64,000 nucleotides of DNA from Anaerolineae bacterium (GTDB lineage: Bacteria > Chloroflexota > Anaerolineae > Fen-1058): positions 4,647-68,646 of the forward strand of contig DASSFZ010000212.1 of NCBI GenBank assembly GCA_035693785.1, written 5' to 3'. Below, piece by piece: positions 33,657-42,285 of this stretch. Each line of letters starts with the position of its first letter. Position 1 is the first letter of the stretch. Under the pieces are notes generated by a model, which ran no database searches, was not told the DNA's origin, and saw nothing but the letters and a program-made list of their open reading frames with translations. Both the position numbers and the translations under genes were made by a program.

Positions 33657-33695
33657 CCCAGACCTCACAGGTCTCAGAGACCTGTGAGGTCTGGG
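33657..33695. repeat. 39-nt near-perfect palindrome (19-bp arms) in an intergenic spacer
   Basis: CCCAGACCTCACAGGTCTC-a-GAGACCTGTGAGGTCTGGG. It lies between the amidohydrolase stop (33739) and the PEP-utilising gene start (33635). Confidence 0.8.
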
Positions 33696-33738
33696 ACGCG
33701 CGCGGGGCGATCCCTCGGCGTGCCCGGCGGCGCCAGCG

Positions 33739-34773
33739 TCAATTCTTGGGCATGGGCGGCAGCTTGTAGAGCGCTTCGGCGTTCTTGCCCAGGATCGCGT
33801 CCACCTGATCTGCCGGCAGATTGATCGACTCGCCCAAGTCCTTGATCGCCTTGATCGCCCCCTCGGGGTCGCCTACCCGGTGGGCGTAGTCAGTCCCGAC
33901 CATGAGATGCCGCGGCCCCACCCATTCCAAAGCGCACTTCATCGCCGGTAGATAGAAGGATGTGGTGTCGGGATAGACGCGCTTCTGGTAGGTGATATCG
34001 GGAGTCTCGCTCAGTTCGAGACCCCACTCCTTGCTGTAGCCTTTCCAGGCGTGTCGCAGGCGCTGGACCAGATAGGGCACCATGCCGCCCAGGTGGGCGT
34101 GCACCATGGTGAGTTTCTGATGTTTCTGGAACACACCGTTGAAGATCAGGCTGATCACGGATAGGGTTGTGTCAAAGGTGTACCCGTACAATTGGTAGGG
34201 GATCCGGAGCTGATTCATAATCGGCGCTGTCCAGGGAACGGTCGGATGCATCAGAATGGGCAACCCCCACTCGCTGGCCATAGCGAAGATCGCGTCGTAC
34301 TTGTCCAGGAAGAGCGCCTCCCCGTTCACATTGGAGAACATCTGAATGCCCTTGACGCCCAGTTCTTTGTAACAGCGCTCCAATTCCTTGGCTGCCGCAT
34401 CGGGGTCCTGATACGGCAGATTGGCCATCGCATAGAAACGGCCGGGGTGATCCTGCACGGCCTTGGCGTAGGCATCGTTGATCTTTTGCGCCCAGTAGAC
34501 GCCGTCCGATGCGGGTAAGCTCTCCGGCCCGGGTATGGTGATGCTGAGGACCTGGGTGTCCAGCCCGGCGGCATCCATATCCCGGAGGCGGGCCGCGAGG
34601 TCGTAGTGGCCAGGCCGGTCAATGTGGGCCACCCGCACATCGCCCGGCGCCAGGGCCACGTAGGAGTTCGGGCCGGTCTGCTCTACACGCGGCGCCTCGG
34701 TCCGGCTCTTAAGGTAATCGAGATAGTCAGGCGGATACCAATGATTGTGAACGTCAACGGTTCGCTGTGGCAT
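33739..34773 (-). CDS. Amidohydrolase-2 family protein (ACMSD/non-oxidative aromatic-acid decarboxylase-like)
   Basis: VDVHNHWYPPDYLDY (HxH metal site) and TIM-barrel length. Resembles ACMSD/gamma-resorcylate decarboxylase type proteins. Confidence 0.78.
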   Translation of the reverse strand: MPQRTVDVHNHWYPPDYLDYLKSRTEAPRVEQTGPNSYVALAPGDVRVAHIDRPGHYDLAARLRDMDAAGLDTQVLSITIPGPESLPASDGVYWAQKINDAYAKAVQDHPGRFYAMANLPYQDPDAAAKELERCYKELGVKGIQMFSNVNGEALFLDKYDAIFAMASEWGLPILMHPTVPWTAPIMNQLRIPYQLYGYTFDTTLSVISLIFNGVFQKHQKLTMVHAHLGGMVPYLVQRLRHAWKGYSKEWGLELSETPDITYQKRVYPDTTSFYLPAMKCALEWVGPRHLMVGTDYAHRVGDPEGAIKAIKDLGESINLPADQVDAILGKNAEALYKLPPMPKN

Positions 34774-34806
34774 GGGACACTCTCCTTCGTCTGGGTCTGT
34801 TCGTGA

Positions 34807-35775
34807 TTATTCACCGTGGTAGCGGATCCGGCGTGTCTGCAAGATGTAGAGGGCGCCGTTCTGATAGGCCCATTCGATGTCGGCGTTGAAATCGAAGTGG
34901 CGCTCGATATTCCGGCCGATCTGTCCTAACTCAACCAACTGCGCAGCAGACAAGGCGGGCGCTGTGGCCCGTTCCGGCGGCACGGGCTGCTCCCTGCGGC
35001 CAGAGCCCCGATCGTAGTCCATGGTCACCATCATGGTCTTTCGGGCAATCTTCTCCTGTTTGACGGCCAGGTTGTCCTTGTCGAGGACGTAGAAGTCGTT
35101 CATGGACCGGCCGGAAACGACCGACTCGCCCAGCCCCCAGTTGGCCTCGATCACCAGTTCATTGGTGGCCCGCGAGATCGGGTTGGCCGTAAATAGCACT
35201 CCGGCGACGTCGGCGTTCACCATGAGCTGAATGACGGCAGCGATCAAGCCTCGCTCGTGCGCGATGTTCTTCTGATGGCGGGCGAACGCCGCGCGCGCCG
35301 TCCACAGCGACGCCCAGCACTCACGGATCTTCTCCAGTACCTGACCTTCACCCAGAACATAGTGGTAGGTATCCATCATCCCTGGAAAGGAAGAGATCGG
35401 GCTGTCCTTCACCGCGACCGACGAGCGCACGGCGACGAACTTGTTGCTGCCGCTGGTCAGCGTCCGATAGTGCTGGAGGATGTCCTGCTCGAGGTCGGCG
35501 GGGATGGTGGCCGACGTGATGAGTGCACGGATCTCGGCCGTACGCTTTTCGACATCGGCGTAGTCCTCGAAGTTGAGCCTGGCCGCCATATCGGCGATGC
35601 GCTCGCCGATTGAGTTGGAGGTCGCCAAATACGACAACGCCGCGGCGGCGATGCAAAAGCCGGGCGGCACGGAGATGCCGGCCCGCGTCAACTCGCCCAG
35701 GCTGGTCGCTTTGCCCCCGCAGCGTTGAACATCATCTTTGGTGATTTGCTCCAGTGGCAAGATGTGCCTGGTCAT
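34807..35775 (-). CDS. PEP synthase/PPDK N-terminal ATP-grasp (nucleotide-binding) domain protein
   Basis: CGGKATSLGELTRAGISVPPGFCI and VAVRSSVAVKDSP are typical of the PPDK_N domain. There is no swivel domain in this ORF. Confidence 0.85.
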   Translation of the reverse strand: MTRHILPLEQITKDDVQRCGGKATSLGELTRAGISVPPGFCIAAAALSYLATSNSIGERIADMAARLNFEDYADVEKRTAEIRALITSATIPADLEQDILQHYRTLTSGSNKFVAVRSSVAVKDSPISSFPGMMDTYHYVLGEGQVLEKIRECWASLWTARAAFARHQKNIAHERGLIAAVIQLMVNADVAGVLFTANPISRATNELVIEANWGLGESVVSGRSMNDFYVLDKDNLAVKQEKIARKTMMVTMDYDRGSGRREQPVPPERATAPALSAAQLVELGQIGRNIERHFDFNADIEWAYQNGALYILQTRRIRYHGE

Positions 35776-35806
35776 CTCGCTCCAGCGGTTGTGAGCAGAT
35801 GGGCTT

Positions 35807-36205
35807 CTACCCGCCCAGGCTGAAGGGCCAGGGCTGTGGAATGGCCAGGAACATCAGCGCCGAGCCGAACAGCCCGACATTCTTGATGAACTGATGAATC
35901 TGGTTCCACTTCGCGAGCGGGTCTGTCTCGACCCAGAAGTTATGCATGATAGGGGTTACCGGCACAAAGAATATGCCCAGCGCAATGACCCCGATAACCG
36001 GCATGAAACCCGTCAGAAAGGTCAGCCCGGCGATGGCTAGAAGCAAACCCGCAAACAGCACCAGCGCCCTAGAGGCGGGCACGCCCTTGAAAGTGGCCCA
36101 GCCGCTCAGGGCCGCCGTCTGGCCAAAGAGGTTGAAGTGGTTGAGGGCGTTGAACAGGTAGTACCCGCCCACGATGATGCGCCCGATCAGTAATACGGTG
36201 TCCAT
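35807..36205 (-). CDS. DoxX family membrane protein
   Basis: Small protein with about four TM helices. MDTVLLIGRIIVGGYYLFNALNHF is DoxX-like. Start moved to ATG 36205 (AAGGAGG upstream). Confidence 0.6.
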   Translation of the reverse strand: MDTVLLIGRIIVGGYYLFNALNHFNLFGQTAALSGWATFKGVPASRALVLFAGLLLAIAGLTFLTGFMPVIGVIALGIFFVPVTPIMHNFWVETDPLAKWNQIHQFIKNVGLFGSALMFLAIPQPWPFSLGG

Positions 36206-36225
36206 TGTGGACCTCCTTAGATTTA

Positions 36226-37803
36226 TCACAGGATGAAGTAGTCAAAGTGCTGGCTGCGCAACTTGGCACGCTGGATCTTGCCGGTAGCCGTCTTGGGCAG
36301 CTCATCCACGAACTCAATCCAGCGCGGGCGCTTGTAGGCTGACATCACCTCCTTGCAATGTTCGATCAGCTCTTGGGCCAATTCCTGCGAAGGCTGGTAG
36401 CCCTTGTTCAAGGCGACGAACGCTTTCGGTTTGATCAAGTCGGCCTGATCGGGGTGCCCAACCACCGCGACTTCTAACACCGCCGGGTGACTGATCAAGA
36501 CGCTTTCGACCTCCGTCGGTGAGACCCATATGCCCCCCACCTTCAGCATGTCGTCCGTGCGCCCGACGTGATGGTAATAGCCATCCTCGTCCACGTAGAA
36601 TTTGTCGCCGGTAAAGAGCCACTCACCCCGGAACGTCCGGCGGCTCTTCTCGTATTGGTGCAGATAGGATAGGGAGGCCGTCTCGCCCTTGACGAGCAGG
36701 TTGCCCACCTCACCGGGCGGCACCGGATTGTCGTCGTCGTCCACGATTTTGATTTCAAAACCCTCCACTGGCTTACCGGTGCTGCCAGGCCGGCTAGCGC
36801 CGGGGCGGTTCGTCAGGAAGAGAGCGAAGTTCTCCACCAATCCGATCCCTTCAATGATTTCCACGCCAGTCTGCTTCTTCCAGGCATGCCAGATAGGCGC
36901 CGGCAACGCTTCCCCGGCAGAGATGCCCATGCGCAGCGAGGACAAATCGTATTTCTCGGTGAAACCCTCGACGGCCAACATGGCTGCGTAGTTGGTCGGC
37001 ACACTGTTCAGGACGGTCGGCTTGAAGCGGTCGATCGCCTCCAGCACGTTGGCGGCGATGCGCGACGGCGCAGGGGACAGCACGACGCTTGCGCCGGTGT
37101 ACCAGGGGTAGATCAGATTGTTGCCCAGGCCATATGTGAAGAATAGTTTGGCAACGGCGAAGGTGCGGTCATCCTCGCATAGGCCCAGCGCATCGACACC
37201 GTACAACTGGGCACTGAGCGGCAGATCTTTGTGTGCGTGCGGGATTCCCTTAGGCTCGCCCGTCGTCCCGCTGGAATAATTCAGCGTGCACAGATCATCG
37301 CGATGGGTCGGGCCAGCATCGAATTCGGTCGGTTCGGAGGAGATCCAGTCGCGATAGGCCAGGTCGCCTGTCCGAGCCGGGTAGCCGATCACAACAACGC
37401 GTTCCAGAAATCGCTGCTCGTCACGGATGTCCTCAACGATTGGCAGCAGAGATTCGTGGACGATCAATACCCGGGCGCGGCAGTCGCGCAGTATGTAGGC
37501 GTACTCCTGCCGCGTCAACAGGGTATTCATGCCTACCGCAATCGCGCCGATTTTCAGCGTGCCGAAAAACGAGGTGACCCACTCCGGGCCATCGGGCGAC
37601 AGGATGCCGACGAAGTCCCCCAGGCGAACTCCCAGCTTCTTGAGCGCATTCCCGACCTGGTTCGCCTCGTTCGACACCTGCCGGAAGGTCATTGCCCGAT
37701 CCGGGCTGTACAAGGCAACTTTGTCCGCGCGTTTGGTCAGGTTGCGCTCCAGGATGTCGACGGCGTTGTAGTAAAGGGGAACCTCTGCGGCTTTTCTCAT
37801 CAT
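36226..37803 (-). CDS. Benzoate/4-hydroxybenzoate-CoA ligase-like AMP-dependent synthetase
   Basis: YNAVDILERNLTKRADKVALY N-terminus, YSSGTTGEPKGIPHAH, YKRPRWIEFVDELPKTATGKIQR. Start moved to ATG 37803. Confidence 0.82.
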   Translation of the reverse strand: MMRKAAEVPLYYNAVDILERNLTKRADKVALYSPDRAMTFRQVSNEANQVGNALKKLGVRLGDFVGILSPDGPEWVTSFFGTLKIGAIAVGMNTLLTRQEYAYILRDCRARVLIVHESLLPIVEDIRDEQRFLERVVVIGYPARTGDLAYRDWISSEPTEFDAGPTHRDDLCTLNYSSGTTGEPKGIPHAHKDLPLSAQLYGVDALGLCEDDRTFAVAKLFFTYGLGNNLIYPWYTGASVVLSPAPSRIAANVLEAIDRFKPTVLNSVPTNYAAMLAVEGFTEKYDLSSLRMGISAGEALPAPIWHAWKKQTGVEIIEGIGLVENFALFLTNRPGASRPGSTGKPVEGFEIKIVDDDDNPVPPGEVGNLLVKGETASLSYLHQYEKSRRTFRGEWLFTGDKFYVDEDGYYHHVGRTDDMLKVGGIWVSPTEVESVLISHPAVLEVAVVGHPDQADLIKPKAFVALNKGYQPSQELAQELIEHCKEVMSAYKRPRWIEFVDELPKTATGKIQRAKLRSQHFDYFIL

Positions 37804-37811
37804 CCTGTCGA

Positions 37812-38273
37812 TCAAGGATTCAGCCAGGGGTAACGCGCAGTGTCCTTGCCGGCGTAGTCGGGATCCAGATAGATAAAGCAGCGCTGGATTTTGAAATCGC
37901 GAATCTCGAAAACGTCGCACCAGCGCCCAGCCCCCCAGTCCGGTACACCAGCACGCCAGGGTCCATCACGATGCTCACCGTGACTTGTGCCCTCGCAGAC
38001 CACCAGGTCGCTGCCCGAGAAGATCCAATTGAAGTGTGAGTAATGATGAACGATTGACTTGAGCGTACCTCCGACATCGCTGAAGAGTTTGCTAATCTGA
38101 TCCCGGCCGGCTGCCAGGCCCCACTTCGGGAAATAGACCTGGGCATCGGTAGCAAACAGATCGAGGATTGAGCCGCCCGACGATGTGACGCCAGCATTGT
38201 CAAATGCCTTGAGATATTCCAGTGCGACCGATTTGCGCTGCTCGTCGGTCATGGTCTGCGTGGTGATTGCCAT
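37812..38273 (-). CDS. NTF2/SnoaL-like small protein
   Basis: ~150 aa. QRKSVALEYLKAFDNAG resembles a SnoaL/ketosteroid-isomerase fold. GAGGAGG lies 5 nt before ATG 38273. The family call is tentative. Confidence 0.5.
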   Translation of the reverse strand: MAITTQTMTDEQRKSVALEYLKAFDNAGVTSSGGSILDLFATDAQVYFPKWGLAAGRDQISKLFSDVGGTLKSIVHHYSHFNWIFSGSDLVVCEGTSHGEHRDGPWRAGVPDWGAGRWCDVFEIRDFKIQRCFIYLDPDYAGKDTARYPWLNP

Positions 38274-38376
38274 GGTTGCCTCCTCATGCATCGAGAATAA
38301 GGTTGACGAGAGTGGTGCCTGTGACTCAACCTATTCGCTTCTGGCAGTTCTTCTGACAATCACCTCCCTTCCGGTC

Positions 38377-39159
38377 TCAATACACGAGCGCCCCCCCGTC
38401 CACGTTGATCGCCTGCGCAGTGATGCCGCGCGCCCCCTCACCGGCCAGCATCACGGCCACGGCGGCGACCTCTTCCGGCGAAATCAGGCGACTCTGCGGG
38501 TTGGTGGCTTCCAGGAATTTGCGCACCTCGGCTTCGGATTTGCTCGTCCGCGCCATCATGTTGGCGACGTTCGCGTCGGTCATGGGCGTATCCACGTAAC
38601 CGGGACAGATGGCGTTGACCGTGATGTGGTAGGGGTTGAGTTCAACGGCGAGGGCGCGCATCAATCCCAGCACACCATGCTTGGAAGCGGTGTACGCGGC
38701 CACGTAGCGCGCCCCGACCTTGCTAGAAATGGAAGCGATGGTGATGATGCGCCCCCATTTGCGTTCGATCATGCCTGGCACGATCGCCTTGCAGACCCGG
38801 TATACGCTCGTCAGATTGATCTCCAGCATGCGCGCCCAGAGATTGTCAGGATGGCCCACGAACTTGTGACTCTCGGAAGCGCCGGCGTTGTTCACCAGAA
38901 TATCAATCGACCCCAATGCTTCGCCCACCGTGGCGGGCAGTTGGTTGACCTGTCCGGCGTCTGTCACATCACACACTGTGGCGAAGGCGCGGCGCCCAGT
39001 CGCCCGGACCGCGTCCGCAACCGGCTCCAGGTCTGCCATCTTTCGCGCACAGATTGCTACGTCCGCGCCCGCTTCCGCCATCGCCAGCGCCACGGCGCGA
39101 CCGATGCCCTTGCTGCCGCCCGTGATGAGCGCTACTCGGCCTGTCAAAGAGTTCGTCAT
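38377..39159 (-). CDS. SDR family oxidoreductase
   Basis: ITGGSKGIGRAVALAMA, NNAG, YTASKHGVLGLMRAL. Confidence 0.88.
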   Translation of the reverse strand: MTNSLTGRVALITGGSKGIGRAVALAMAEAGADVAICARKMADLEPVADAVRATGRRAFATVCDVTDAGQVNQLPATVGEALGSIDILVNNAGASESHKFVGHPDNLWARMLEINLTSVYRVCKAIVPGMIERKWGRIITIASISSKVGARYVAAYTASKHGVLGLMRALAVELNPYHITVNAICPGYVDTPMTDANVANMMARTSKSEAEVRKFLEATNPQSRLISPEEVAAVAVMLAGEGARGITAQAINVDGGALVY

Positions 39160-39213
39160 GCCAGGACGACTACCTCTTTCTCACCCTGCTGTGTTGGTCG
39201 GCGCCGTGACGTG

Positions 39214-40146
39214 CTAAGCCTGAAGTGCAGGCATAACCTCCTTGGCAAACCGCTCGATCTTCACTTTCCGCTCAGGCCAACGGCCTACCATGAATTGAAG
39301 CGCCATGTGTTCTACGCCGATCTCTTTGAACCGCTTCAGCGCTTCAATGAGCTGTTCAGGCGTACCTTTCAGAGTATCTTCCTCCTGAGGCACTGGTGCC
39401 GAGGTGATATCAATGGGGCGGCAACAACAGAAATGAACCTCAGCCGGGTCCCGGCCTGCCTCGGCGGCTAATTTTCGGACATTGGCAAAACGCGCAGCTA
39501 AATCCTGGGGCGTAATCGTCACAAAGTAGGAGAACCAGGCGTCGCCATACGTGGCCGCCCGCCGCTGGGCGGCTTCGCTTTCTCCACCTGTCCAGATTGG
39601 GAAGCGAGGTTTCTGAACCGGCTTGGGGCTGACCGCCACCTCGTCGAAACGATAATAGCGCCCCTCGAAGCGTGGGCGCTCTTCCTTCCAGAGCAGGTTG
39701 AAAATCTGGAGCTGCTCATTGGCCATCCCTGCCCGCTTCTTGAAGGGCACGCCCAACGCCTCGAACTCTTCGACCATCCAGCCGATCCCCACCCCCAGGA
39801 TCAGTCGTCCTTTCGAGAGGGTATCGATAGAGGTGGCTACTCTGGCGATGTAAAGTGGGTGGCGATAGGGCAACACGGCGACACTGATACCGAGCGCGAC
39901 TCTCTCGGTGCAGCCGGCCAGGAAGGCCAGGCAGGTGAGAGGCTCCAAGAAAGGACTATCGGGGGGGACGAACCATTGTTGGCTGTCTTTGTACGGGTAA
40001 GGGGTTTTCATGACCCAGGGATTGACGAGACGTTCCGCCGCCCAGACCGAATCGTAACCCAGAGTCTCGGCCTGGCGGGCAGCATCCATCAGGACCTCTG
40101 GGACTGCCGCCCGGCCGGAGACAGGGAGAAAGACACCCAGTTTCAT
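39214..40146 (-). CDS. Luciferase-like monooxygenase (LLM) class, probably F420-dependent oxidoreductase
   Basis: MKLGVFLPVSG...AETLGYDSVWAAERL and GRLILGVGIGW are LLM motifs. Confidence 0.8.
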   Translation of the reverse strand: MKLGVFLPVSGRAAVPEVLMDAARQAETLGYDSVWAAERLVNPWVMKTPYPYKDSQQWFVPPDSPFLEPLTCLAFLAGCTERVALGISVAVLPYRHPLYIARVATSIDTLSKGRLILGVGIGWMVEEFEALGVPFKKRAGMANEQLQIFNLLWKEERPRFEGRYYRFDEVAVSPKPVQKPRFPIWTGGESEAAQRRAATYGDAWFSYFVTITPQDLAARFANVRKLAAEAGRDPAEVHFCCCRPIDITSAPVPQEEDTLKGTPEQLIEALKRFKEIGVEHMALQFMVGRWPERKVKIERFAKEVMPALQA

Positions 40147-40429
40147 GTTGACATTCCTCCTTGAGCTTAGTAGGTGCCGCCGTATCAGCCGCTTGAAAGA
40201 CCTCGGCCGAAATATTCATCTTGGTCCGGCAACCCAGTCATCGTTGCCGGTGTCACAATGCCATCGAGCAGGACAATACCCTTGACGCCGGAGGAGGGAA
40301 CAGAAGGTGAAGGCTAATTGTAATAAACTTACGTCGAGGACCTTTAGTCTATCTTTAGCCGTGCGCGGCAGACGAGCGGACGGGATTGGGATGGATGTCG
40401 AGTGGAAGGCCGAACTGGAGAGCAGCAGT

Positions 40430-41974
40430 TCATACTGTGGCAATGAGTGATTGATAGAGCGCCTGCGTAACCGGCGATGGTGCGCGTCCATCGTATCGCT
40501 CTAGTGCCTGAATACACAAACGGTACTGCCGATCCAAGGCATCGCGCCGACCGCTGGCGTGAAAGTTACGCATCATCTCCTGATGAGCGCGTTCGGAACA
40601 GGCATCAATCGTCAATACTTTCTCGCAGTAGACCAGGGCGCGCGGAATGTCATTGCGACGACGATAAGTGCCCGCAATGTAAGTCAGCATCTTCAAGTAC
40701 ATCTCTTGCAGCCAGTAGCGGCGGCTCCAGCACCAATCCTTGTCCACGTTCTCAGCGTACTGCGCCGGAATATCTGCCAACAAAGCACCCCGGTAAAGGT
40801 TTTCCGCCGCCCGATGGCAGATGAGCGACTCTTCGTCCTTGTTCTCGCGCAGCAATCTCTCCGCCTTGTAACAGAGCTGCTCGAACACCGGAATATCAAT
40901 CCACGTACCCTCTGGCAAAGACAGGTAATACCGCTGGTCGTCATTGAGGACGAACGGTGAGTCGCGGCTGGAGGTCAGCGCCGGGCTGAGTGCCATGCGT
41001 AAACAGTAGACGGTGTGATAGAGCCGATTGAGACCCTGTTCCGTCGAGTTCGCCTCCGGCCAGAGGAAGTCGGCAAGTTCCTCCGCCGTGGCGCCTTTCT
41101 GTCCGCAATGTAGAAGATAGGCGAACAGCGTTTTGGTCTTGAGCGTCGCGCCATGCATCATATTCCACCGCACGGGTGTGCCATCCTGACGATAAACCTT
41201 CAACTCCCCCAAACAGTGAATTTTCCAGCGATGCTGATCGGTATTGGACGCCACAAGTGGGGCTGGCGATTCGAGGCTGTAGATGGGCACTTTGGAGATC
41301 GTGCTCGCAGGATGAGATATTGGCGGCGACGCATGACTCGGTTCGGATGCCTCGTTCTGTTGATCCCAGGCATCGGCTAAAGTCGGACTGATCGCCCTCA
41401 GCCAGTGCTGCAACTGTATGCGGACATCCCCGCTCAACAAGGCTGTCGGCGGCACGAAATGCGGGTTACGGTGCAGCCCATCGGCGGCGTAGACGCCTGG
41501 ATGCGTCCGCAGCGCCTCAAGGATCATGGTCTCTGGGAAAACGCGACGGTTGTACAAACACCCAGCACGCATAGAGGTGCTGCTCAACAACTCGTGCAAC
41601 CGGCCTTCAAATTCGCTCAGGTAAGCTACACCAAACGACGTGCGCAAGGACCATGTCATCTCCGTGAGGAGGAACAAACCGTGGAAACCTTCTTCTAGGG
41701 CTAATTGGGCGTGCGCTCTCAGTTTGCTGATGATGGTGTTGAACGAGATGGAGGTCTCGAGCAGGCTCAGCGAGTCGGCGTTGACCGCCTCGCCGCGGGG
41801 CAGAGGTTGAAGGTGGCTCTTAATGGCCGATAGGACATCGCGGACGTCATGTTCGTCGGCGATGTACAACCATTTGAAACCCGTATGCGCACTTTCGTGA
41901 ATCAGGGGAACGCATAGGTTCCACAGATCATCCGTGCATTCGTAGAAAATACATCGGTGCTGGTTGAGCGGCAT
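40430..41974 (-). CDS. Transcriptional regulator: N-terminal MEDS-like domain + OmpR-type winged helix + BTAD (SARP family)
   Basis: N-terminus is HRCIFYECTDDLWNLCVPLIHESAHTGFKWLYIADEHD (MEDS-like). Middle segment is WKIHCLGELKVYRQDGTPVRW...LKTKTLFAYLL (wHTH). C-terminal TPR-like BTAD is YLKMLTYIAGTYRRRNDIPRALVYCEKVLTIDACSERAHQEMMRNF. Confidence 0.72.
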   Translation of the reverse strand: MPLNQHRCIFYECTDDLWNLCVPLIHESAHTGFKWLYIADEHDVRDVLSAIKSHLQPLPRGEAVNADSLSLLETSISFNTIISKLRAHAQLALEEGFHGLFLLTEMTWSLRTSFGVAYLSEFEGRLHELLSSTSMRAGCLYNRRVFPETMILEALRTHPGVYAADGLHRNPHFVPPTALLSGDVRIQLQHWLRAISPTLADAWDQQNEASEPSHASPPISHPASTISKVPIYSLESPAPLVASNTDQHRWKIHCLGELKVYRQDGTPVRWNMMHGATLKTKTLFAYLLHCGQKGATAEELADFLWPEANSTEQGLNRLYHTVYCLRMALSPALTSSRDSPFVLNDDQRYYLSLPEGTWIDIPVFEQLCYKAERLLRENKDEESLICHRAAENLYRGALLADIPAQYAENVDKDWCWSRRYWLQEMYLKMLTYIAGTYRRRNDIPRALVYCEKVLTIDACSERAHQEMMRNFHASGRRDALDRQYRLCIQALERYDGRAPSPVTQALYQSLIATV

Positions 41975-42285
41975 CGCTGAGAACTAATCCCAAGCTTCGA
42001 CGGCGCGAACAGCAGCCATCTGCATTCAATAGACGAAGCGTCATCAGCAAACCTGCACGGATTATAACCCCAAATGCGCCTGTGAGCTTCTCCTGCCCCA
42101 AAGGTCAGATGTTCACCGCTTAGACACTCCAGAATGATGTCTTCAAAGGCAGGGTGTAGATTCGAACGAATGCCGTATCGTGCTTGACCATAAGCGCTGA
42201 TGCGAGTATCCTTGGACAGCACGGTGCACGAAAGCCTCATCGGGATCTGTCGGGTTATATCGCTCAGATACGGAGGGAATGAATT

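Noticed and set aside
40216-40491. 91-aa ORF in the spacer between the SARP regulator and the LLM gene, and the 170-aa ORF 41902-42414 (-) in the regulator/ADH divergent spacer.
   Set aside because: They have no SD and no motifs, and they overlap real gene ends. A modest hairpin (CCGGCAAC-N9-GTTGCCGG, 40226-40250) is present. It has no U-tract, so I did not call it as a terminator.
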